From an uncultured Planctomycetota bacterium (GTDB lineage Bacteria > Planctomycetota > Planctomycetia > Pirellulales > Lacipirellulaceae): a stretch of 64,000 nucleotides of DNA. The notes under the pieces were generated by a model. That model worked only from the letters and a program-made list of their open reading frames with translations, made no database searches and was not told the origin of the DNA. The DNA is taken from NCBI GenBank assembly GCA_963719315.1, contig CAVRBU010000011.1:1-64000 (forward strand), in the 5' to 3' direction. Position numbers and translations under genes: made by a program. Position 1 is the first letter of the stretch, and the number at the start of each line of letters is the position of its first letter. Below, piece by piece: positions 41,110-50,294 of this stretch.

Positions 41110-43590
41110 CGAACGACGAAAAGATCGCCCACAAATCGGATCAGCCTACTGGAGGAAAGTCGCCGGCTGGATTGGAAAAACTCTCGCTCGATGAGTTGGA
41201 GCATGAACTGCAGTCATCGCCAACCGGATTGACGCAGGCCGAAGCGGCGCGCCGCCTGGAAAAGTACGGCTGCAACGAAATCGTCGAGCGCACGACGAAT
41301 CCGCTGTTGAGATTCCTCAGCTATTTCTGGGGGCCGATTCCGTGGATGATCGAGGCGGCTGTCATCTTGTCGGCGATGGTAAGGCACTGGGCAGACTTCT
41401 TTATCATTCTGGTGCTGCTCTTGGCCAACGCCGTGGTTGGATTCTGGGAAGAGTATCAGGCGGGCAATGCGATTGCCGCGCTCAAGGCAAAGTTGGCAAA
41501 CCGTGCCCGCGTCCTGCGCGACGGAAAATGGCTCAACCCGCTCGCGCGAACTGGTGCCGGGTGACGTGGTCCGCATTCGCCTCGGCGATATCGTGCCTGC
41601 CGACGCTCGTCTCCTCGCTGGCGACGCGATCGAATTGGATCAATCGGCACTGACCGGCGAATCGCTTCCCGTCGAGCGTAGCACCGGCGACGCCGTTTTT
41701 TCTGGATCCATTGTCCGACGCGGGGAAATCGACGCGCTCGTCTATGGAACCGGCCAGAACACGTATTTCGGCAAAACCGCCAAGCTCGTCGAAGAGGCCC
41801 ATACCATCAGCCACTTCCAGCGTGCGGTTCTGAAGATCGGCAACTACCTGATTGTGCTGGCGGTGGCCTTGGTCGTGCTGATCATCGTCGTGAGTCTCTT
41901 TCGCGGCGACCCGATGCTGGAGGCCCGTCCCGGACACGAGCCGGTCTTATTGTTTGCGCTCGTACTGACCGTCGCCGCCATACCGGTCGCAATGCCAACG
42001 GTGCTCTCGGTAACGATGGCCGTCGGCGCCCGGCTGTTGGCCAAGAAGGAAGCGGTGGTTAGCCGGCTGGCGTCGATCGAGGAACTGGCCGGCGTCGACA
42101 TCTTTTGTTCCGACAAGACGGGCACGCTCACGGAAAACAAGCTGACGCTGGGCGAGCCGTTTTGCGCCAGCGGGGTTGCCGCCGGCGAACTTATCCTCGC
42201 GGCATCGCTCGCATCGCGCGCTGAGGACAACGACACGATCGACATGGCCGTCCTGGCCGGGCTCAAAGATGCCGACGCTCTCCAAGGCTACAAGACCGTG
42301 CACTTTCAGCCGTTCGATCCGGTTCACAAGCGAACCGAAGCGGCAATTGAGAGTGCCGACGGTTTGACAATGAAGGTCGCCAAGGGGGCTCCGCAAGTGA
42401 TCCTTGAACTCTCGGCAACATCAGGAGACATGAAGTCGGAGGCCGAGAAGGTCATCAACGACTTTGCCCATCGCGGTTTCCGGTCGCTTGGCGTCGCACG
42501 AACGGATGCGCGAGGCGAATGGCAGTTCTTGGGCATATTGCCGCTGTTCGACCCACCACGGGCCGACGCCAAGGAAACGATTGCGACGGCCGAGGACATG
42601 GGCATCGATGTGATAATGGTGACGGGCGATCAAGTTGCCATTGCCCGCGAGATTGCCGGCAAACTCGGCCTTGGCACGAACATCATGGACGCAACCGTTT
42701 TGGCCGACGCGACGCCACAGGAGTCGGCGCAATTGACGACGTCCATCGAACAGGCAGACGGTTTCGCCCAGGTTTTTCCAGAGCACAAATTCCACATCGT
42801 CGAGATGCTGCAGAAACGTAACCACATCGTGGGCATGACCGGCGATGGCGTGAACGATGCCCCGGCACTCAAAAAGGCCGATTGCGGCATCGCGGTCTCC
42901 GGCGCTACCGAAGCCGCCCGCGCGGCCGCCGACATCGTGCTGCTCACACCCGGCCTGTCGATCATCATCGACGCGGTGAAGGAAAGCCGCAGGATATTCC
43001 AGCGGATGAACAGCTATGCCATCTATCGCATCGCTGAGACCATTCGCGTGCTGCTGTTGATGACGCTGTCAATTCTTGTGTTTAATTTCTATCCCGTTAC
43101 GGCCCTGATGATCGTCCTGCTCGCCATGCTTAATGACGGCGCCATCTTATCGATCGCTTACGACAATGTTCAATATCTGAACAAGCCTGAGGCGTGGAAC
43201 ATGCGTACCGTACTGGGCGTCGCGACCGTTTTGGGAATTGTTGGCGTTGTCGCGTCGTTCGGCCTTTTTTACCTCGGGGTGCGAGTGTTCCACTTCGATC
43301 GTGAGTTCATCCAGACCTTGATGTATCTGAAACTATCGGTCGCCGGGCATCTCACGATTTTTGTGACACGCACACGCGGTCCCTTTTGGTCGCATCGGCC
43401 AGCGACGATTCTGTTGGCTGCCGTGTTCGGCACTCAATTGATTGCCACCGTAATCGCCGCAACAGGCCTGCTCATGGCGCCGATCGGCTGGCTCTGGGCC
43501 GCGGCCGTTTGGAGCTACGCATTGGCATGGTTTCTTTTCAACGATCGATTGAAACTCCTGGCGTATCGATTAATTGAAGTATCGTCGTAG
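41106..43590 (+). CDS. Plasma-membrane-type proton-efflux P-type ATPase (P3A), frameshifted near 41540
   Basis: [61 protein letters not shown]. Confidence 0.93.
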
Positions 43591-43847
43591 TATTTCGTTC
43601 TTGGTTATGCGCTCCTGTCGGTATGCAGTAATTGTCCGAGCTGCCATCTTGATACGTCAGACAAGACGTACAACTGAGACTATACGTGTGGCGGAGCCTA
43701 GGTATTGGGCCAACTGCGTAATGTGACTGCCATGGGGATTTCAAGTAGGGAGTGAGAATTTATTTATGTGCAGACTTCATGCGCACCACCAACTGGTGGC
43801 TTTTTAAAAGGAGTCGGAAGAATCAGTCTTGGTTCGATGAGGATCAT

Positions 43848-44004
43848 CTCTGTCGCTTGGTGATCACGTTTCGCCGTACAGGTAATCCATAAGAGGGACG
43901 GCCCCAAACTGCCGTATCAGGCGGTGGTGATCCGACAGAGCGCCATGCACATTAAAGGCAGGAATGCCATAGGGCGTGAAGGCGGTGTCAATCCTCACAC
44001 GAGT
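43848..44004 (-). ncRNA. Putative bridge/seek RNA of IS110 copy 2
   Basis: Same sequence as 30224-30380. Guide segments lie at 43971-43978, 43948-43954, 43908-43915 and 43879-43884. Confidence 0.8.
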
Positions 44005-45588
44005 TCAGGGCCGATCCCTGGTCTCCTTGGATTCGGTTGTGTGGACTCCTAATCGAGCAAGCACGGCGGGCATCAGCTCGCCAATGGCGATGGCGCCTCG
44101 ACGACGCTTGGTCTGTTGCTCCAAGACCGCGGCGACTACTTGCGCCTCGTGGCAACGCGTATTGTACGGCAGCTGGGAGACGGCGGCGTGCAAGTCTTCC
44201 ATCACGCATTCCAGCGGCGTCTCATGGTCGTGATGAAAATGCCGCAGTTTCTCCAGAATCGAATCCGGCTCTTGGAAACAGGGGTGCCTCATCGGCTGGT
44301 CTCCAGCCACACACGCCAGCACCAGGCGGCTGAAGCGTTTGGCGATCTTGACGCGGCTGGCGCGCTTATCAATGCCGCGAGATTGATCCAGTTCGGCTTG
44401 GCCACGGTAGTAACTACAGTGGCAGGCCAAGCAGTCGGCGATCCGCATCAGCACGCACCGCAATCGGCGATTGGCCTGGCGGATGATTGGACCACTGGCA
44501 TTGTCCGTTTGATCGCTTTGATGACGCGAGGGATAAAGGCCGCTGCGACCGGTGATGGCGTTGGCATTCGCGTAGCGATTGATCGGGCCCATTTCGCCAG
44601 CCAACTCGGCTGCCGAAACCACATTGATGCCCGGGATGGCCAATAAACGAACATAGGGCGTCCGCGTAAGATCACCAGCAAGCCGTTGCTCCAAGGCCAA
44701 GATTTTGCCGCGAAAATGCTGATAAAGCTCGTAGAGGTCGGTCCAGATCGCATGGTGCAAAGGGCCGTCTTGGATGTGGAGCTTCGTCGCCTCCGCGGCC
44801 CAGGTCAGAACTCGCTCGATTGTTCGCGTCTGGTAGCGAATCTTGTTGTCCTGCAGATACTGACGTAGACCGCCGTGCGCCAACTGGAGCAACATGGCGG
44901 GCGAGTCACCTCGGCGCGCAATGGCCAAGGGCGTGAGGCGATCGAAGAGGCGGTCGAACAGGTCGGCGTAGCCGGGCATTGCCAGATGGAGGTGATCGCG
45001 GATCTGACAAGCGAGCGCCGCTGACTTTTCGACCAGGTTGCGACGATGCCGGGCCCTCAGCTGCAGCTGGCGATAGGGTGGCTCCAGCTCGAACTCACAG
45101 AGACCGAATCCGGCCACAGCCGCTCGGTGTTGCGCATACAGGTCCGTTTCGTCGGTCTTGTTGCCCGGATCCGCTGGCATGCGATACTGTTTCGTCGCAA
45201 AAGGATGGACTACCCGCGTATCGAATCCAGCTTGGGCGAATGCACGTTTCACAGGCAGGTAGTAGTTGCCCGTTCGTTCCACGACGACAATCGTGTCTTG
45301 AATGTGATGCTCCTGTTGGGCTTGGCGAATCTGCTCCATGGCCAACTTGAAACAGGGCGCTTGATGCTGGAGCGTCTGAGGTTCGATGAACAGGTTCCCG
45401 AAGTAATCGGCCATCATCCACTCGGATCGGTGTTTGGCCGGATCAACACACACGATCGCAAAACGCTCACCGCCCACCTTCTGGACGCGGGGACCAATGA
45501 CGCCATTGGGTTTTTGGAGCGATTGCCGCCGCGGACGTGACTTCGGCGTACCGTGCCGCCGACGATTGGAACCGAGCATTGAGGCCAT
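44005..45588 (-). CDS. IS110 recombinase, 527 aa, with terminal extensions
   Basis: RuvC-like DEDD residues (VDPAK, VERTG, TDETD) and a Tnp20 domain with conserved Ser (GLYPSRHQS); AGGAG RBS. Confidence 0.93.
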   Translation of the reverse strand: MASMLGSNRRRHGTPKSRPRRQSLQKPNGVIGPRVQKVGGERFAIVCVDPAKHRSEWMMADYFGNLFIEPQTLQHQAPCFKLAMEQIRQAQQEHHIQDTIVVVERTGNYYLPVKRAFAQAGFDTRVVHPFATKQYRMPADPGNKTDETDLYAQHRAAVAGFGLCEFELEPPYRQLQLRARHRRNLVEKSAALACQIRDHLHLAMPGYADLFDRLFDRLTPLAIARRGDSPAMLLQLAHGGLRQYLQDNKIRYQTRTIERVLTWAAEATKLHIQDGPLHHAIWTDLYELYQHFRGKILALEQRLAGDLTRTPYVRLLAIPGINVVSAAELAGEMGPINRYANANAITGRSGLYPSRHQSDQTDNASGPIIRQANRRLRCVLMRIADCLACHCSYYRGQAELDQSRGIDKRASRVKIAKRFSRLVLACVAGDQPMRHPCFQEPDSILEKLRHFHHDHETPLECVMEDLHAAVSQLPYNTRCHEAQVVAAVLEQQTKRRRGAIAIGELMPAVLARLGVHTTESKETRDRP

Positions 45589-45967
45589 TTGGATTCTCCT
45601 TCATCGGGAAAAGAGGGCGTTGTTCCCATCCTTATCCCCAAAGCAAATCCAAGCCGACTCCCACCAGAAGAGGGATTTATTCTTATAGAAGCGTCATACC
45701 AGGGCGTGTCCTTACGCCAGAGGATCTGTGCGAAATGTCGGTTCGTCCTGGGCGTGCAATTGTCTCCACATTTCACTCGGGGTTGCGTCCCAAGGACCGG
45801 CTTGGCTGCCGCGCCATTGGCTGTCGCGCGTGACGGTCGCCCGGAGTCAACGAGAACTCGACGCACAGGGTCGCAGTATTTCGGGAACGAACCCCGGGGC
45901 CAAAGGTCACCGGCACGCACGTTGGATTGCAGCCCAGGCCCGGCCCATGCAGAAGCCCATAAAGAAG

Positions 45968-47329
45968 TCACCCTCGCCAGCGGCAGCGTAGGGCAGCAGT
46001 GAATAGTGCCAGGACCAAGAGGCCGAGCGTGGTAGGTTCTGGGACATTGAAAGCGTAAGCCATACCGGGACCATTGCCGTAGGCGCCAGCAACGGCGGTG
46101 TTTCCGGAGACCGTGACGGAATTGCCAAAGTAGTTGAAGCTGGATGAGTCGAAACCGACGACCTTGCCAATCTGGCCCCATTGATTCTCACCGCCCGCGT
46201 CTCGGCGAAATACATACACTGAACCCGATGCGATGCCGGAGTCGTCGTCTTGCCAAGCACCGATGACTGCAACGTCGCCCGACACGGTGCTCGAAATTCC
46301 AAAGTAGTCACCGGCGGCGCCGTCGTTCGGCGCTAGTTTGACGACTTCATTCCAATCGTCGGGGTTCAGATCATCTTGATCGAACACATAAGCGGCGCCT
46401 GATCGCGCGCCATTCCCGTTGTCCCATTCAGCACCAATCACAGCAGTTCCACCAGAAAGCGACACCGCACCGCCGAACTTGTTGAGGGCGACAGAATCGG
46501 TGGGAAGAATCTTCTGGGTTTGCCGCCAGCCACCAAGTTCATCGGGATCACGCTGGAACATATAAGCGGCGCCAATCTTGGTGCCGAAATTGTCGTCGGC
46601 GGGTGCGCCGACAAGGATTGAGTCCCCCGAAATGGCGACCGAGTAACCAAACAGCTCGTACCCGGTTGAGTCGGAGGCAGTTAGTTTTGCCGCTTGCCCC
46701 CAGGCGTTGGGGCCTCCAAGTTCTTTCTCGAAAATGTAGACCGCGCCGGCACGATCACCGCCGGCTCCATCCTTTGGCCATGCACCGACAACAGCCGTGG
46801 ATTCTGAAATAGCCACAGCGTAGCCGAACTGGTCATAGAGTGCCGGGTCGGAGGCGTGCAGCTTTGTGACCTGACCCCAGTTATTCAGTCCGCCCTGATT
46901 GCGTTGAAAGATGTATGCGGAACCGGAAGTTGTCGCGCCGTCATCATCTGCCTTCGATCCGACGATTGCCGTGTCCTTCGCTAGCGCGACGGCCCAGCCA
47001 AAGTTGTCGCTGGCAGCGAGGTCCGACGGGACGAGTTTTTTTACTTGCGTCCACGTGCCGGACATTTCTTGATCGAAGATAAAAGCAGCACCGGAGTCGG
47101 ACGCTGACTCATCGCGTAACGGAGCGCCTGCCAACAACGTGTTGTCGAAAAGCGAGATAGAAAAGCCGAACTCGTCGCCCGATTGGGTGGGGGTAGGCGT
47201 GATTTTTACCTGCTCGAAGGGCGCGGCCCCGACCGCGCTGCCGGCACACAGCAAGGACATCGCAAGAAGGATTGCCGGGCATCGAGAGCAAGAGGGCCAA
47301 CAGCTACCGAGCTGAAAGATGAGAGTCAT
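45968..47329 (-). CDS. FG-GAP repeat beta-propeller protein with a PEP-CTERM tail; start uncertain
   Basis: Repeated DxFGxSVAISGxTAVVGA...GAAYIF units; VPEP plus TM plus RCRWR. Confidence 0.88.
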   Translation of the reverse strand: MTLIFQLGSCWPSCSRCPAILLAMSLLCAGSAVGAAPFEQVKITPTPTQSGDEFGFSISLFDNTLLAGAPLRDESASDSGAAFIFDQEMSGTWTQVKKLVPSDLAASDNFGWAVALAKDTAIVGSKADDDGATTSGSAYIFQRNQGGLNNWGQVTKLHASDPALYDQFGYAVAISESTAVVGAWPKDGAGGDRAGAVYIFEKELGGPNAWGQAAKLTASDSTGYELFGYSVAISGDSILVGAPADDNFGTKIGAAYMFQRDPDELGGWRQTQKILPTDSVALNKFGGAVSLSGGTAVIGAEWDNGNGARSGAAYVFDQDDLNPDDWNEVVKLAPNDGAAGDYFGISSTVSGDVAVIGAWQDDDSGIASGSVYVFRRDAGGENQWGQIGKVVGFDSSSFNYFGNSVTVSGNTAVAGAYGNGPGMAYAFNVPEPTTLGLLVLALFTAALRCRWRG

Positions 47330-47749
47330 TAGCAATCCCTGGAGATCAATTGGAAGATTGGCGGTCGGCTCGTGGAATGATGTCATCATAGGAGGTGGCG
47401 GCGCCTATCTCAACTAATCTTGGTTTATCGGGCCAAATCGCCCTAAGGTGTTTCTCCTTCCAATCTTCGGAAGCCAACGTCTCTAAACTCGTGTCACAAG
47501 TCAGAGTGCATCATCCGGAATTAGGGACTTATCGCGACGCATCCTACGGCACCTGACACCAATAAGTCCGGCGTACGAATACTGATCGCGGCTCCGCTAT
47601 TGGGCGGCTTCGACCAGAAGCGACGAACACGGATACACCGCTAGTTGCTGCGATTTCTCATTGCCACTTCAAGTGCTCCTAGTGCTGCCTCGCGGCGAAG
47701 CTGTGCGCTGGAGACGCCCTTCGAAGCTGATATGTCCTACTGCATCATG

Positions 47750-48004
47750 AGGGCGTGTCATTAGTCGTCCAGTCGCGCTAATTCTCTGCTCGCCAAGCCG
47801 CGAATCACTGGCACGCGCATTCCTGTCGCGCTGGTGTTGGGTTATCTCGCATCGGGTGCCGGTGCGGACGATATTCGCGCGGAGTTTCCCGATCTTCAAC
47901 CGGAACACATCAGTGCTTGCTTGAATTACGCCCGCGAGCTGGCTGAATTCGAGGTCGTCGCGACGTGAAGCTCTTGCTCGACCACTGCGTGCCCAACCGC
48001 GTGG
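47750..48004 (+). pseudogene. DUF433/DUF5615 fragment (repeat 'D' copy 2)
   Basis: Diverged copy of 32075-32330 with the same truncation point after CCCAACCGCGTGG. Confidence 0.8.
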
Positions 48005-48491
48005 CGCAATGCTCACCGCAGCAGCGCATGAATTGATCGGGTGGCCAAATATTCTTGTTGAACCCGCCCGCCAAACTGCTATAGTGGCCATCCGTTCCTA
48101 TACGCAGGTTGTCCGCACGCTGCGACTGCAACGCTCTCGCGGCCGCGATCGCGCTGTGCGCTTCAGCTTTGCGCTCGTTCTTTGACATCCGAATTGATTG
48201 CATGGCACGCCGAAACGTGCGTGTGCATCCACAAGTCGCACAGTTCTCGGGGAATTTGAATTTTGGATCGACGAATCGAGTTTCTTGTGTTGCGAACTCC
48301 GACAAAAACGGAGCCAACCGTCGATCTGCCAATGACTTGCGACGAGTGGTCGACAAACGACCGATTCCCAATATTCAAAAATCTCCGAGCGCCGCGACAT
48401 TTTGGGGACGCGCATCCAAAAACCGGTGCCAAAACACGTCGAGCAGTCCGCCACAGCGGAGAAGCCAATTGCGAGTGTCGGAGGCACTCGC

Positions 48492-50261
48492 CTACGTGCG
48501 GACTGTACCCGACGCCGCGTCGCGCAGCAGTTGATCGTCGTTGTTGCGCATCTCTCGCACGCAGGTTTCAGCCCGGCGCAATGAATCCGCAATGAACAGC
48601 CGCGCCACTGCGTCGTGCGAGTGGTCGTTTCGCCGCAGGTCGTCATCCCAGCGGCTCAGCGCGCAGGCCGAGGCGAATAGCTCCATCGCCAGCCAGGCAA
48701 TGCGTTCCAACACGAGTTGCCGATCGAGGATTTTTTCGCGGTGGTGAAACAGCGTGGCTTGCACCGTTGTGTGGAGCCGGCGGATGAGCTTGCCCAGCCG
48801 CCGCGCCGCCGGCTTTAGCTCTGGCGATTGAACGGGCACGTGCGGCGTGCTGAGCCGTACGCGAAGCGCTTCCATGAGGAATCCGCCGACCGCGGCGGGG
48901 GCACTCCAAGGTCGTTTGAGCGAATCGGTTACGTCCTTCATCCGCTGCCCCGGGCCGCGCATGCCTACCAGGCCGATGAACGACAACAGCACTTCGTTCG
49001 CGCCTTCACCGATCTGGTTGATGCGGTGATCGCGGAGCATGCGTTCCAACGGGCGGTCGGTAAAATAGGCGGCGCCGCCGTGAATCTGGAACGCGTCGTT
49101 GACGATCATCCACAGCCGCTCGGTGCTCCAAACTTTGAGCATCGCGGTTTCGAGCATATAGTCTTCGAGGCCGCGGTCGATGAGGCCGGCCGTTACGGTG
49201 GTCATGGCTTCCATCGCGTATGTCCACGCGGCCATCAGGGCCAGCTTCTTCTGCATCAGCTCGAAATCGGCCAAGGGGCGACCGAATTGGCGGCGGGTGT
49301 GGGAGTATTCCGTGGCGAGCCGCAGGCAGGTTTTGGCCGCGCCGGTGCAGCAGGCGCCGAACGTGGTGCGGCCGAAGTCGAGAATCGTGAGCGCGACCTT
49401 GAGTCCCTTGCCGAGCGGGCCGAGGATGTTCTCGCGCGGCACGCGCATGTCGTGAAACGCGAGCCGGGCCGTCGCCGTACCGCGGACGCCCAGCTTTTGC
49501 ATTCGCGGTTCGACGACCTCGAAGCCCGGCATATCGGGCGTTACGAGGAACGCGGTGATGGCCGTGGCGTCGCTGCCTGGCACGGGCGTGCGGGCCATCA
49601 CGGTGAGGATGCCGGCGATCGCACCGTTCGTGATGTATCGCTTTTCGCCGTTGAGCACGAAGGCGGCGCCGTCGGCGGTCGGAGTCGCGGTCGTCTGCAC
49701 GTTGGCCGCGTCGGAGCCGGCTTCCGGTTCCGTGAGTGCGAACGCGGCCAGCTTCCGCCCGCTAATCAAATCGGGCAGCCACTTTCGCTTTTGCTCCTCG
49801 GTGCCGAATAGCAAGAGCGACCGCATGCCGATCGAATGGTGCGCGTTTACGAAGATCGCCGTCGAGCTGCACCGCGCGCCGATCACTTCAAGCAAGCGGC
49901 AGTAACCCATCTGCGAGAACCCGCGGCCGCCGAGGGCGGTCGGCGCCGTCATGCCGAGGATGCCCAGCTCGCCGAGGCCGTCGATGACTTCGCGGGGGAT
50001 GTCGGCCTCGCGATCGATGCGCTCGGCGTCTAGGTTCGCATCGCAGAATCGTTCGAGCTCGGCGACCGCCCGGTCAACGTCGGCCCGCTGTTTCGCCGGA
50101 AGCTGCGGATACGGAAACACCCAATCGGCGACGAAGCGGCCCTCAAACAGTCCCTTCGCAACGCCGGTTTTTTCCGGAAGCGACCCGAGCAGCTCCTCGG
50201 CCTGCTGCATCTGCGCTTCGCGGCGGGCGACTTGCTCCGATTGTTCGATTGTCGCACTCAT
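48492..50261 (-). CDS. Acyl-CoA dehydrogenase (ACAD9/VLCAD-like, with C-terminal extension)
   Basis: FALTEPEAGSD, GEKRYITN, KLGVRG, RRQFG, QIHGG, IGEGANE. Confidence 0.93.
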   Translation of the reverse strand: MSATIEQSEQVARREAQMQQAEELLGSLPEKTGVAKGLFEGRFVADWVFPYPQLPAKQRADVDRAVAELERFCDANLDAERIDREADIPREVIDGLGELGILGMTAPTALGGRGFSQMGYCRLLEVIGARCSSTAIFVNAHHSIGMRSLLLFGTEEQKRKWLPDLISGRKLAAFALTEPEAGSDAANVQTTATPTADGAAFVLNGEKRYITNGAIAGILTVMARTPVPGSDATAITAFLVTPDMPGFEVVEPRMQKLGVRGTATARLAFHDMRVPRENILGPLGKGLKVALTILDFGRTTFGACCTGAAKTCLRLATEYSHTRRQFGRPLADFELMQKKLALMAAWTYAMEAMTTVTAGLIDRGLEDYMLETAMLKVWSTERLWMIVNDAFQIHGGAAYFTDRPLERMLRDHRINQIGEGANEVLLSFIGLVGMRGPGQRMKDVTDSLKRPWSAPAAVGGFLMEALRVRLSTPHVPVQSPELKPAARRLGKLIRRLHTTVQATLFHHREKILDRQLVLERIAWLAMELFASACALSRWDDDLRRNDHSHDAVARLFIADSLRRAETCVREMRNNDDQLLRDAASGTVRT

Positions 50262-50294
50262 GGGGTGACCTCTGAATTCCTCACGCCGGCTTGG

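Larger units (their letters stand above)
43724..45702 (-). mobile_element. IS110/IS1111-type element copy 2 (intact)
   Basis: Direct repeat of 30100-32076 in different outer flanks that share short target motifs. Confidence 0.93.

Noticed and set aside
6503..43590. Around ten frameshifted genes as mass pseudogenisation or programmed frameshifting
   Set aside because: Most are 1-2 bp indels, several in GC/CG runs (IS copy 1 GGCGCT vs copy 2 GGCGCGCT). Catalytic motifs are intact and I saw no slippery heptamers. Sequencing error is the more likely cause, though reads would be needed to confirm.
43710..43730. GCGTAATGT as a dif/XerC half-site
   Set aside because: No XerD arm (TTATGTTAA) follows, even in the reconstructed empty site.
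47910..48480. Short ORFs downstream of the acyl-CoA dehydrogenase (CATC/CGC, EIFEYW)
   Set aside because: No coherent family or RBS support; possibly a decayed fragment.
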